In this document: one piece after another, positions 1 to 8,937 of the stretch
How positions within the stretch are numbered: the first letter of the stretch is position 1
How the letters are laid out: every line of letters begins with the position of its first letter
Origin: Candidatus Multivoradales bacterium
GTDB lineage: Bacteria; Acidobacteriota; Thermoanaerobaculia; Multivoradales; JAHEKO01
Reading direction: 5' to 3'
DNA: 64,000 nt
NCBI GenBank assembly: GCA_965223855.1
Contig: CBDCXM010000009.1
Span: 2,784,001-2,848,000 of the forward strand
Notes under the pieces: generated by a model
Told to the model about the DNA's origin: nothing
Database searches by the model: none
The model's input: only the letters and a program-made list of their open reading frames with translations
Position numbers and translations under genes: made by a program

Positions 1-415
1 CGTCCACATCCACGTGCCCGCGGGCGCCATCCCGAAGGACGGACCGTCTGCCGGCGTGACGATGGCAACCGCCCTGATCTCGGCTCTCACCGGTGAGACG
101 GTGAGGCATGAACTCGCGATGACCGGCGAGATCACCCTGTCCGGAAGAGTGCTTCCCATCGGGGGCGTGAAGGAGAAGGTGCTGGGCGCCGTTCGGGCCG
201 GGATCACGTCGATTCTTCTTCCTCGGGACAACGAGCGAGACCTGGAGGACGTCCCGGCCGAGGTGCTGGAGACTCTGACGGTGATTCCTGTCGACGATCT
301 CGAAGAGGTGCTGAGTGCAGCCATCCCGGCCCTCGATCGACGGCTGCTCGCCGCGGGTACCGGCGAGGAGACGACAGGTGCGGCGGGTCGCAGGCAGGAC
401 CCGCTCCCGTCCTGA
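1..415 (+). CDS. lon: Lon protease, C-terminal proteolytic domain (5' truncated by window edge)
   Basis: [17 protein letters not shown] catalytic Ser motif, [20 protein letters not shown] with catalytic Lys. Confidence 0.95.
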   Translation, partial: VHIHVPAGAIPKDGPSAGVTMATALISALTGETVRHELAMTGEITLSGRVLPIGGVKEKVLGAVRAGITSILLPRDNERDLEDVPAEVLETLTVIPVDDLEEVLSAAIPALDRRLLAAGTGEETTGAAGRRQDPLPS

Positions 416-469
416 CGGTTCCTTCCGGATGCCTTGACACCTCCCGACGCCGTGTAGTCGGATCGGGCC

Positions 470-1024
470 ATGGCCTGGATTCGGACCATCTCCCCGGGTG
501 ACGCGACCGGACTGCTTAGGAAGATCTATGACGACGCGGTGCGCCGCGCCGGCAAGGTATTCCGCGTCGTCGAGCTGCAGAGCCCCCGGCCGAAGGTCCT
601 CCTCGCCTCGATGCGTCTCTATCAGGAGATCATGTTCAGCCCGGAGAGCTCTCTGACTCGGGCGGAACGGGAGATGATCGCCACGGCCGTCTCGGCGGCC
701 AACGATTGCCACTACTGAACGCGCGCGCACGCCGACGACCTCCGGGCCGAGGTCGAGGATCGCGAAGGAGGCGTCGAACTGGTGGAGGCGGTCGCCTCCG
801 ACTACCGGTCCGCGCCGCTCTCCGACCGCGAACGTGCCATACTCGATTACGCCATCAAGCTGACGCTTAGGCCGTCGGAGATGAGGCTGGAGGATGTCGA
901 GGGTCTTCGCGCCGCGGGCCTCGACGACGGAGGGATTCATGATGTTGCGCAAGTTACCGGCTTCTTCGCGCTCTACAACCGTCTTGCGGACGGTCTGGGA
1001 ATAGACCCGGAGCCTGACTGGTGA
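470..1024 (+). CDS. AhpD/carboxymuconolactone decarboxylase-like peroxidase-related selenoprotein (TGA 716-718 read as Sec, CxxU)
   Basis: ORFs 470-718 and 782-1024 share a frame. Read-through gives EREMIATAVSAANDCHY-U-TRAH, matching the AhpD motif E-x-I-A-x3-S-x2-N-x-C-x2-C-x3-H. A hairpin follows the TGA. Confidence 0.85.
736..755 (+). promoter_or_regulatory. Putative bacterial SECIS element
   Basis: Stem CGACCTC (736-742) / GAGGTCG (749-755), loop CGGGCC with G at the second position, loop starts 24 nt after the UGA. Confidence 0.65.
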
Positions 1025-3069
1025 ATCTGAAACTCGAGTATCAGAGCTTCCAGGAGTTCGCTTCCGAGGTCTGGCCCTGCCTCTCCGAAGAGGCGATGTG
1101 GGTGCCGTCGGAAGATCCCGCCGGAGTCGGGGAGGTGGTCGACTTCGACGTGACGCTGGCAGACGGTTTCCGCCTGTTTCACGGCACCGGCCATGTGGTG
1201 TCCGTCGGGACGGGACCGGCCGACGGTCCGGCCGGCAGCGGGATGATGATCAGTTTCGATCATCTCGATCGGCCGAGCCGCAACCTGATCCGCAAGGTGG
1301 TCAGCAAGCACGTCGCCGAAGGAGGCACGAAGTTCGAGCCGAAGATTCACGCACCCAAGGTTGAGCTCGTAGGAGATGACGACGTGGCGTCGCCGACCGT
1401 CACGGCAAGCGAGCCCGATTCCGACGAGCAGGCCGATAGCCCCGACCCGAGCGGAGACCGAGACACCGTGGACTTCCTCGTCGGCACCGCGGGCAGCGTC
1501 GAGGGCGAGGACCACGATGAGGCGGACACACCCGCCTTCGATCCTCCGCCTCCGGCGATCGAGGAAGAGGCTGCGAGCGACTCCGGGCTCGACATCGATC
1601 TCGCTCTCGACGAGGAGGCTTCGATGCCCGAGGAGCAGGACGACGATTCGTCTCTCGATCGCACCGTGATCGCGGCCGGACCGGTCACAGGAGCGTGGGG
1701 CGAGGACCGCCAGCCCGACCTGTCGAGCTTCCTCAGGCCGAGCGACAGCGAGCCTCCCGAGGAGAGCTCGGAAGAGACCGTCGACCTGCGGCATCACCTC
1801 GAGGAGTCGGAAGCCGAGCAGGACGAGCCGGCCTCGCCGGGCGTGACCCAGATCAGCGACATGAGCGCCGCCGAGGATCTCTCGCTCGAGGAGACCACCT
1901 TGACGAGCGACCTGGGGGCACCCCTCGAGGATCTGGACCGGACCGAAACCTCCGCGCTCGAGGCCGACGGGGGCGACTCGACCGCTTCGACGGAGTGGCA
2001 GGAGACGCGGGAGGAGTTCCTCGGAGCGCTTGCCGCTGCGGAGGATGATCGGCGTCAGTTCGATCCGGAGGGTCCTTCGAGCCTCGACCCGGAGAGTGAC
2101 GCCGCCGACCCGTGGAGGTCCCAGACCGAAGTCGGGACGACTCAACCCCTGACGCCTGGCCCTCCGGTGGAGGAGCCGCCTTCATGGAGCGAGGCGGAAG
2201 AGCCGCACGACGCCGCTGTCGGCGTCGAAGCCGACGGCGAGTGGGAGGAGGGGGCCGCACGCACCGCATGGTGGCCGTGGGTGCTCGTCGGCGTTCTGGG
2301 GCTGGCTGCCGGGGTGTTTGTTGCGCGCCAGATCGGTATCGGAGGCTGGGGGCCGACATCCGAACCGGCGACGCCCCCCGCCGGCGAGCTCACGGTACAG
2401 CAGCGCGGCGTGGCCGACGGCTCCCCGTCACCGGGAGAAACCACCGGTGCCGACACCCTCGATCGTCCCGCCGACGAGAGGACGGACCCGGCCGGCGACG
2501 GACCTGCGGAGTTCGCGGAGGAAGAGGCCGACGAGGAACTTGCGGAAGCGTCGGCGCCCGGCGAGGCGGCAGGAGCTCTCGAGGCCCCGATGCCGACGAT
2601 CGAGCCGTCGGACTCCGCCGTCGCCGCCGAGCCGGAGGCAGCCGGCGAGAGCGCTGCAGCCGAGGAACCGGAGACGAGACTCGCGGAGACGGCTCCGTCG
2701 GAGGCGGAACCCGATTCGTCTGTCAGTCCGGTGAAGCTCGAGCGGATTACGTTCCGGCGGGAGGGGGCGACGACCGTGGTGTCGCTCGGCCTCGATCGTC
2801 AGGTGACGGTCGATCGGATCGAGAACCTGAGGGTCGCGGGCGGAGAGCCGCGACACGTCGTCAAGATCCTCGGGATCGCGGGTCAGATTCCGGAAACCGT
2901 GGAGATCGGGACAGGCGAGGTCGTGAGGCTTCGATTCGGCAAGCACCGGGTCGGGGGCACGATGCAACTCCACGTGGTCGCCGACCTGACGGGCGGGGCG
3001 GTCGAGTGGCGAGGGCCGGTCGAGATCGACGGCCGGACGCTCCAGGTCCGCTTCGCCGGCGCCGAGTAG
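1021..3069 (+). CDS. Bitopic membrane protein: N-terminal PilZ-like (TIGR02266-type) domain, long acidic disordered linker, TM helix, C-terminal AMIN-like domain
   Basis: N-terminus LKLEYQSFQEF...VGEVVDFDVTLADG..HGTGHVV..GMMISF; TM WWPWVLVGVLGLAAGVFVA; C-terminus EPRHVVKILGI...VRLRFGKH...LHVVADL. Confidence 0.6.
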   Translation: MNLKLEYQSFQEFASEVWPCLSEEAMWVPSEDPAGVGEVVDFDVTLADGFRLFHGTGHVVSVGTGPADGPAGSGMMISFDHLDRPSRNLIRKVVSKHVAEGGTKFEPKIHAPKVELVGDDDVASPTVTASEPDSDEQADSPDPSGDRDTVDFLVGTAGSVEGEDHDEADTPAFDPPPPAIEEEAASDSGLDIDLALDEEASMPEEQDDDSSLDRTVIAAGPVTGAWGEDRQPDLSSFLRPSDSEPPEESSEETVDLRHHLEESEAEQDEPASPGVTQISDMSAAEDLSLEETTLTSDLGAPLEDLDRTETSALEADGGDSTASTEWQETREEFLGALAAAEDDRRQFDPEGPSSLDPESDAADPWRSQTEVGTTQPLTPGPPVEEPPSWSEAEEPHDAAVGVEADGEWEEGAARTAWWPWVLVGVLGLAAGVFVARQIGIGGWGPTSEPATPPAGELTVQQRGVADGSPSPGETTGADTLDRPADERTDPAGDGPAEFAEEEADEELAEASAPGEAAGALEAPMPTIEPSDSAVAAEPEAAGESAAAEEPETRLAETAPSEAEPDSSVSPVKLERITFRREGATTVVSLGLDRQVTVDRIENLRVAGGEPRHVVKILGIAGQIPETVEIGTGEVVRLRFGKHRVGGTMQLHVVADLTGGAVEWRGPVEIDGRTLQVRFAGAE

Positions 3070-3163
3070 CAGCGGAAGAAGCTCCAGGCGTGTCGCCGGC
3101 TCGCCGGTGGCCGGGATCTCACTCCGAAGCGGCCCCGGAGGCGCGGCGGGGACGGGGGCTTTG

Positions 3164-3910
3164 TCAGGGGACGCTGCGAACGACGCTCGCCGGCCGTTCG
3201 TCGGGGGCAGGCGGCCACGGGATGAGAAGCCCACGGCCGACCGCCTTCGCGACGTCCTCTCCGAACAGCAGGTCGGCGAGGTACATCGCGGCGTCGTAGG
3301 ACTTGACGCCCCCCTCAGAGGTGATCCTCGCGCCGTCGTGGACGAAGCTGACGTTGAAGCGCAGATCGAGCTCGGGGAAACGCTCGGCGAAGCGCGCGTA
3401 GTCGGCGGGGAAGGTCGTCAGCGCGTGCCCCTCGAGCAGGCCCGCCTCGGCGAGGACGAAAGCACCCCAGCACAGGGACAGCACATATCGGGCCTCACCT
3501 CCGGCGGTGGCGACCCACTCGACGAGTTCGCGGTTTTCGAGGTCTGAGTCCCTGCTGCCCCTGGCTGAGGGTACGACCAGGACGTCGATCGGACCCGCTG
3601 ACTCAAAACTCCGATCCGGCTGGAGGCGAAGCCCCTCGGCGGTGGTGACGGGTCCGCCGTCCGGCGAGACGGTGAGGACCTCGACCGCCCGGGCGGAGTC
3701 GTAGTGGCGGGCATGCTCGAGAACGTCGAGCGGTGCGACGAGCTCGGTGTTGTAGACGCCGTCCACGACGAGGAAGGCGATCGTCCAGGGCTCTTCTCCA
3801 GCATCCTGCTCGGGAGGGACGACGTCTACCGCGTTCGCTGCACACGCGGTCATCGAGAGGAGCGCGAGCAGCAGCGAGGCGGCGCGTGGCAGGAGTTCTC
3901 TTCGGCTCAC
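3164..3910 (-). CDS. DJ-1/PfpI family lipoprotein
   Basis: Lipobox-like SMTAC, IAFLVVDGVYNTEL, DVLVVPS, nucleophile elbow SLCWGAFVLAEAGLL. Start set at GTG 3910, 8 nt after a TACACT box. Confidence 0.85.
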   Translation of the reverse strand: MSRRELLPRAASLLLALLSMTACAANAVDVVPPEQDAGEEPWTIAFLVVDGVYNTELVAPLDVLEHARHYDSARAVEVLTVSPDGGPVTTAEGLRLQPDRSFESAGPIDVLVVPSARGSRDSDLENRELVEWVATAGGEARYVLSLCWGAFVLAEAGLLEGHALTTFPADYARFAERFPELDLRFNVSFVHDGARITSEGGVKSYDAAMYLADLLFGEDVAKAVGRGLLIPWPPAPDERPASVVRSVP

Positions 3911-4069
3911 GGGCGGGGAGTGTAGCACCCGGCTGCAGGGCGATTTCGCGACCGATAGGCGGCCACGAGAGGGGGAAGATCCCGATGCGATCGGCGATTG
4001 CGGGCCGCGTTAGAATGGCTCGCCCGGCTACGGGCTCCCACCGACCAACCCCCCTAGGAGAATCTTCCA

Positions 4070-4495
4070 TTGCCTTATCCCGAATTGATGGTCAAGCCGA
4101 TGCGTGACGAACTCGCCGCCGCTGGTGTGCGAGAGCTGCGCACGACAGAAGAGGTCGACGAGGTCCTGGGATCGAACGACGGCACGACGCTACTGGTCGT
4201 CAACTCGGTCTGCGGGTGCGCCGCGGGACAGGCCCGTCCAGGGGTGCGCCGCGCTCTCGAGCACGAGGTGACGCCGACCCGCAAAGCCACCGTCTTCGCC
4301 GGCCAGGATCTGGAGGCGACCGCCCGAGCTCGAGAGCATTTCGCCGACGTGCCGCCCAGCAGCCCTTCGATCGCGCTCTTCAAGGACGGCGAGCTGGCCT
4401 ATTTCGTGCCGCGCCACCGGATCGAGAACCGTTCCGCCGAGGAACTGGCGGCTGATCTCATCGGCGCCTTCGACCGTTTCTGCGCCCCGGCCTGA
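4070..4495 (+). CDS. BrxA/BrxB (YphP/YqiW) family bacilliredoxin
   Basis: PYPELMVKPMRDEL, VVNSVCGCAAGQARPG with CGC motif, TVFAGQD, PPSSPSIALFKDG. Confidence 0.92.
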   Translation: MPYPELMVKPMRDELAAAGVRELRTTEEVDEVLGSNDGTTLLVVNSVCGCAAGQARPGVRRALEHEVTPTRKATVFAGQDLEATARAREHFADVPPSSPSIALFKDGELAYFVPRHRIENRSAEELAADLIGAFDRFCAPA

Positions 4496-4506
4496 ACCTC
4501 TCGGTC

Positions 4507-4788
4507 GTGGGAACGTTCCACCAGGACAAGAGCGCCCTTCATGGGATTACCGTAGTCGTCGAGTCGACCGGGGCGGAGCTCTTCGTCGGCCGTTGCGACG
4601 ACGAGAACGAAGAAGCGGTGATCCTGCTCGACGCGGACGTGCACGTCGAGGGCGAGGGAGACAAGTCGCGCGAGGAGTACCTCCTTGCGGCCGCTCGCTT
4701 CGGCGTTTGGAAGAAGCACGATCGGCTGGTCATCCCGAGAGCTCAGGTTGCTTCGATTCGCCCGCTGGGTGAGTTCGACGCTGATTGA
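4507..4788 (+). CDS. Small hypothetical protein (possibly Sm/Hfq-like beta fold)
   Basis: Compact 93-aa ORF with typical codon usage in an operon between brx and pruA. Confidence 0.65.
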   Translation: MGTFHQDKSALHGITVVVESTGAELFVGRCDDENEEAVILLDADVHVEGEGDKSREEYLLAAARFGVWKKHDRLVIPRAQVASIRPLGEFDAD

Positions 4789-4841
4789 ACAGGCGGCTGC
4801 CCAAGCCGCATCGAAGCGGCCCAGCGCCGTGAGGAGGAAGC

Positions 4842-6473
4842 ATGTCGAATTCCATCGTCAACATCCCTGATCCGGTCAACGAGCCGGTACGCGACTATCG
4901 ACCGGGCTCTGCCCATACCCGGTCTCTCGAAGAGCAGCTGCAGGCGATGCTGTCGGAGGTGGTCGAGGTTCCGCTGATCATCGGCGGAGAAGAGGTGCGG
5001 ACCGGCACGACCGAGCCTGCCGTCTGCCCCCATGATCACGGGCACGTCCTGGCGCAGGTGCATCAGGGTGGAACGGAGGAGGTCGAGCGCGCCGTCGAGG
5101 CTTCGCAGCGGGCCTGGCACGAGTGGTCGGAGATGGCCTGGGAGGCGAGGGCGGCGGTGTTCCTCAAGGCGGCGGAGCTCCTCGCCGGGCCGTGGCGCGA
5201 CACCCTCAACGCGGCGACCATGCTCAACCAGTCGAAGACGGTCTTCCAGGCGGAGATCGACGCCGCGTGCGAGCTGATCGATTTCTGGCGCTTCAACGCC
5301 CACTATATGCAGGAGATCTACCGCGGTCAGCCGCAGTCCGCGCCGGGAATCTGGAATCGGGTGGAGTACCGCGCGCTCGAGGGATTCGTCTTCGCGGTCA
5401 CGCCGTTCAACTTCACATCGATCGCCGGCAACCTTCCGACCGCCCCGGCGCTGATGGGCAACACCGCGCTGTGGAAGCCGGCCTCGACCTCGGTGCTGTC
5501 CGGTTACTACATCGTCCGACTTCTCGAGGAAGCAGGCCTTCCGCCCGGAGTGATCAACTTCGTACCGGGGCGTGGGAGCCGTATCGGCAATCCGGCGCTG
5601 GCGAGCGAGCATCTGGCCGGGATCCACTTCACCGGCTCGACGGCGGTCTTCCAGGGGATGTGGAGGCAGGTCGGCGAGGCGATCGCCGGCTACCGCTCAT
5701 ATCCCAGAATCGTCGGCGAGACCGGCGGCAAGGACTTCGTCTTCGCCCACCCGTCGGCCGATGTCGATGCGCTGGTGATCGCCCTCCTCCGCGGCGCCTT
5801 CGAGTATCAGGGGCAGAAGTGCTCGGCGGCCTCGCGGGCCTACATTCCCAGCTCGCTGTGGAGCCGGGTGCGCTCCGACCTCGTCGATCAGGTCGAGTCG
5901 ATCGCCATGGGCTCGCCGCTCGACTTCTCGAACTTCATGGCGGCAGTGATCGACGAGAAGTCGTTCGACAACACGCTCGGGTACGTCGAGCACGCACGGA
6001 CGACGGGTGGGTTCGAGATTCTCACCGGGGGGAGCGGCGACAAGTCGGAGGGCTACTTCGTACAGCCGACGGTCGTACTCTCCGAGGATCCGCGCTCGAA
6101 GCTCATGACCGAAGAGATCTTCGCTCCGGTTCTGACGATCCACGTCTACGACGATTCAAGGCTCGACGACGCCCTGGCCACGTGCGACGGCGGGAGCCCC
6201 TACGGACTGACAGGTGCCATCTTTGCCCAGGATCGGGCGGCGATCGAGAGCATGAGCCGGGCGCTGCGCCATGCCGCCGGCAACTTCTACATCAACGACA
6301 AGCCGACCGGAGCCGTGGTCGGTCAGCAGCCGTTCGGCGGCTCGCGCGCGTCGGGCACCAACGACAAGGCGGGCTCGCCGCTCAACCTGCTGCGGTGGAC
6401 CAGCCAGCGGGCGATCAAGGAGACTTTCGTGCCGCCGCTCTCGTACCGATATCCCCACATGGGCGACGGCTAG
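4842..6473 (+). CDS. pruA: L-glutamate gamma-semialdehyde (P5C) dehydrogenase
   Basis: EIDAACELIDFWRFN, PFNFTSIAGN, FTGST, GETGGK, FEYQGQKCSA, EEIFAP, GTNDKAG; RBS GAGGAGG. Confidence 0.95.
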   Translation: MSNSIVNIPDPVNEPVRDYRPGSAHTRSLEEQLQAMLSEVVEVPLIIGGEEVRTGTTEPAVCPHDHGHVLAQVHQGGTEEVERAVEASQRAWHEWSEMAWEARAAVFLKAAELLAGPWRDTLNAATMLNQSKTVFQAEIDAACELIDFWRFNAHYMQEIYRGQPQSAPGIWNRVEYRALEGFVFAVTPFNFTSIAGNLPTAPALMGNTALWKPASTSVLSGYYIVRLLEEAGLPPGVINFVPGRGSRIGNPALASEHLAGIHFTGSTAVFQGMWRQVGEAIAGYRSYPRIVGETGGKDFVFAHPSADVDALVIALLRGAFEYQGQKCSAASRAYIPSSLWSRVRSDLVDQVESIAMGSPLDFSNFMAAVIDEKSFDNTLGYVEHARTTGGFEILTGGSGDKSEGYFVQPTVVLSEDPRSKLMTEEIFAPVLTIHVYDDSRLDDALATCDGGSPYGLTGAIFAQDRAAIESMSRALRHAAGNFYINDKPTGAVVGQQPFGGSRASGTNDKAGSPLNLLRWTSQRAIKETFVPPLSYRYPHMGDG

Positions 6474-6485
6474 CTCGGGAAGACG

Positions 6486-7247
6486 TTGTCGGCCGAGCGA
6501 CCTGCCGAACCGGTGGAGGGAGGCGGCCGGAGCCGACTCGCGATCTTCGATGTCGACGGGACGCTCGTCGATACCACCGCGTTGGACGAGGCGTGCTACC
6601 TCACAGCCCTCCAGAAGGTCTTCGACCTGCAGATTTCCGAGCAGGGGTGGAGTTGGGATCGCGAGCCCAACGTCACGGACAGCGGTCTGCTCGAATCCGT
6701 CGTCAATCGTCGGCGCGGATCGTCGCCGTCTGCTCAGGAGCGTCTGGCCTTCGAAAGGACCTTCGTCGGTCTGGTGAAGAGCGCGTTGGAGGAGAAGCCG
6801 GCACGTCAGATCGTCGGCGCCGGCGCTCTTCTGGAGGCACTGCAGGGCGCCCCAGACTGGGAGGTCGCCTTCGCCACGGGCGGCTTCGCCTCTTCGGCTC
6901 GACTGAAACTCGTCTCGGCCGGGCTTGCGGGTGAAGCGTTGGGCGGCGGCCCAAGACTGGTTGGTTGCGACCACAGTCCGGTGAGAAGCGAGATTGTGGC
7001 GCGGGCCGCCTCTTCGTTTCCTCATGCGCGGGACTGGGTCTCGATCGGCGATGGACCCTGGGACGCTCGCACCGCGGCGGAGCTCGGAATCGGCTTCGTA
7101 GGCGTCGTCCCCGCCGGGGTGGCGAGCCGGCAGCGTGCCGCACACCTCGGCCGTCTGGGAGCGACGGCGGTCCTCACCGACTACCGGGACCTCGGGAGTG
7201 TGCTCGCCACCCTCGAGCGGGCTGCGAGTCCCCGGATCCAGCCTTGA
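6486..7247 (+). CDS. HAD superfamily hydrolase
   Basis: Motif I IFDVDGTLVD, motif II ATGG, motif IV IGDGPWD. Confidence 0.88.
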   Translation: MSAERPAEPVEGGGRSRLAIFDVDGTLVDTTALDEACYLTALQKVFDLQISEQGWSWDREPNVTDSGLLESVVNRRRGSSPSAQERLAFERTFVGLVKSALEEKPARQIVGAGALLEALQGAPDWEVAFATGGFASSARLKLVSAGLAGEALGGGPRLVGCDHSPVRSEIVARAASSFPHARDWVSIGDGPWDARTAAELGIGFVGVVPAGVASRQRAAHLGRLGATAVLTDYRDLGSVLATLERAASPRIQP

Positions 7248-7276
7248 TCGGCAGAAGGCCTTGCTAGGGTGAGGGC

Positions 7277-8107
7277 ATGAGGATCGCTGCGGTCATCCCG
7301 ACACGCGACCGCAACGATCGTGTGCGGAAAGCGGTGAGGTCGGTCCTCGAGCAGGTTCGCCCGGTCGATGAGTTGATCGTCGTCGACGACGGATCCTCGG
7401 ACGGGACGGTAGAAGCTGTCGAAAGAGAGTTCGGCGACTCGGTCAGGATCCTACAGTCGAACGGCCGAGGGGTCAGTGCCGCCCGGAACCTGGGTGTGGC
7501 TGCTGCGAGCGCCTCCTGGATCGCCTTCCTCGATTCGGACGATCTCTGGCTTCCGGAAAAGCTCGAGCGCCAGGAGAGTGCCTGGAGGGAGGCGGACGAA
7601 CATCGAATCGTCCACAGCGACGAGATCTGGATCCGTGACGGAGTCCGGGTCAATCCACGAAAGCGCCACGCCAAGCGCGGTGGAAGGATCTTCCTCGACT
7701 GTCTTCCGCTGTGCGTCATCTCCCCGTCGAGCGTGCTTCTCGAGCGCCGGCTCTTCGAAGAGGTCGGCCGGTTCGACGAGAGTCTTCCGGCGTGTGAGGA
7801 TTACGACCTCTGGCTGCGGATCTGTGCCTCCGAGCCGGTGCTCTTTGTCGACGAACCGCTGGTGGTCAAGCACGGCGGGCATGACGATCAGCTTTCGCGC
7901 ACCGTCCCGGCGCTGGATCGTCACCGGATAGAAGCCCTGAGACGACTGCGCGGCAACCCCCGCCTGAGCGAGCTCGAGAGCAGGGCCCTCGAGCGTGAGC
8001 TGGCCCGCAAGGTCGGCGTCTACGCCTCCGGCGCCCGGAGGCGGGGGCGCGTCGAAGAAGCGGAGCGCTGCGAGGCGCTGGTCGCGCAGGTGGCGGCAGA
8101 CGCGTGA
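7277..8107 (+). CDS. Glycosyltransferase family 2
   Basis: VIPTRDR, VVDDGSSDGT, GVSAARNLG, FLDSDD, EDYDLWLR. Confidence 0.92.
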   Translation: MRIAAVIPTRDRNDRVRKAVRSVLEQVRPVDELIVVDDGSSDGTVEAVEREFGDSVRILQSNGRGVSAARNLGVAAASASWIAFLDSDDLWLPEKLERQESAWREADEHRIVHSDEIWIRDGVRVNPRKRHAKRGGRIFLDCLPLCVISPSSVLLERRLFEEVGRFDESLPACEDYDLWLRICASEPVLFVDEPLVVKHGGHDDQLSRTVPALDRHRIEALRRLRGNPRLSELESRALERELARKVGVYASGARRRGRVEEAERCEALVAQVAADA

Positions 8108-8937
8108 TCGTCGTCGTCGTCGCCACCGAGGTGGAAGGAAGGCCCTGGGTCGATACCCATCGACTGCGCCGCCGGTCTGCTGCGTGGCCCTGGTTCGAGG
8201 GTGACGGTATGGCGCTCGTCGTCAGCGGGATCGGTCGCGAGCGTGCGGCCGCGGCGGTGGGCTTCGCTGCAGCCCGACTCGAGGGAGAAGCCGTCGGCTG
8301 GCTCAACTTCGGGATCGCGGGCCATCCGACCCTCGAGCAGGGAGAGGTGCGGTGGGTCGATCGTGTCGAGGGACCGGTCGGGAAGCCCTTCTACCCGGTT
8401 TCCGGGCGGCGCCTGACGCTGGCGACGGCCGGGCTTCGCACCGTCGATCGTCCTGAGCGCGAGTTCCCGGCCCCCGTGCTCTACGACATGGAAGGCTCGG
8501 CGTTCGCCGCCACCGCCTCCCGGATCGCACCGCTCGAGCTGGTCCACCTCCTGAAGGTGGTGTCCGACAACCGCACGACGACGATGCCGGTGACACCGAA
8601 GGGTCGTCCCGACCCTGCGGTGCTCGGGTCATGGCTCGAGCGCGCCTGCGAGGCCGGCGGACGGGTGGTGGAGGAGCTGTTGCGCTCTCGGATCCGCCGC
8701 CTGCTGGAGCGGCGTCTTTCGGCCGAGGCGCTGGACTTCGCCGGCGATCGCCGACTCACGGTGACCCAGCGTCGACAGTTGCACCGGCTTCTCGAGCGCC
8801 ACCTGGCGCTGGAGGGACGCTTGCCGGACCCCGACCCGACACGAGAAGCGAACGTGTGGCTGGCCGGCCTCGAGCGCCAGGTCGAGCGATCGGCACGGGC
8901 GTCGGGCGGATCTCACGACCCCACGGCAGCTCCGTGA
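8104..8937 (+). CDS. Nucleoside phosphorylase/MTA-SAH nucleosidase-like protein
   Basis: VVSGIG, WLNFGIAG, YDMEGSAF, KVVSDN; coupled by GTGA overlaps to both neighbours. Confidence 0.75.
   Translation: MIVVVVATEVEGRPWVDTHRLRRRSAAWPWFEGDGMALVVSGIGRERAAAAVGFAAARLEGEAVGWLNFGIAGHPTLEQGEVRWVDRVEGPVGKPFYPVSGRRLTLATAGLRTVDRPEREFPAPVLYDMEGSAFAATASRIAPLELVHLLKVVSDNRTTTMPVTPKGRPDPAVLGSWLERACEAGGRVVEELLRSRIRRLLERRLSAEALDFAGDRRLTVTQRRQLHRLLERHLALEGRLPDPDPTREANVWLAGLERQVERSARASGGSHDPTAAP

Noticed and set aside
434-462. Sigma70 promoter at TTGACA 434-439
   Set aside because: No TANNNT -10 box at an acceptable spacing, so support is insufficient
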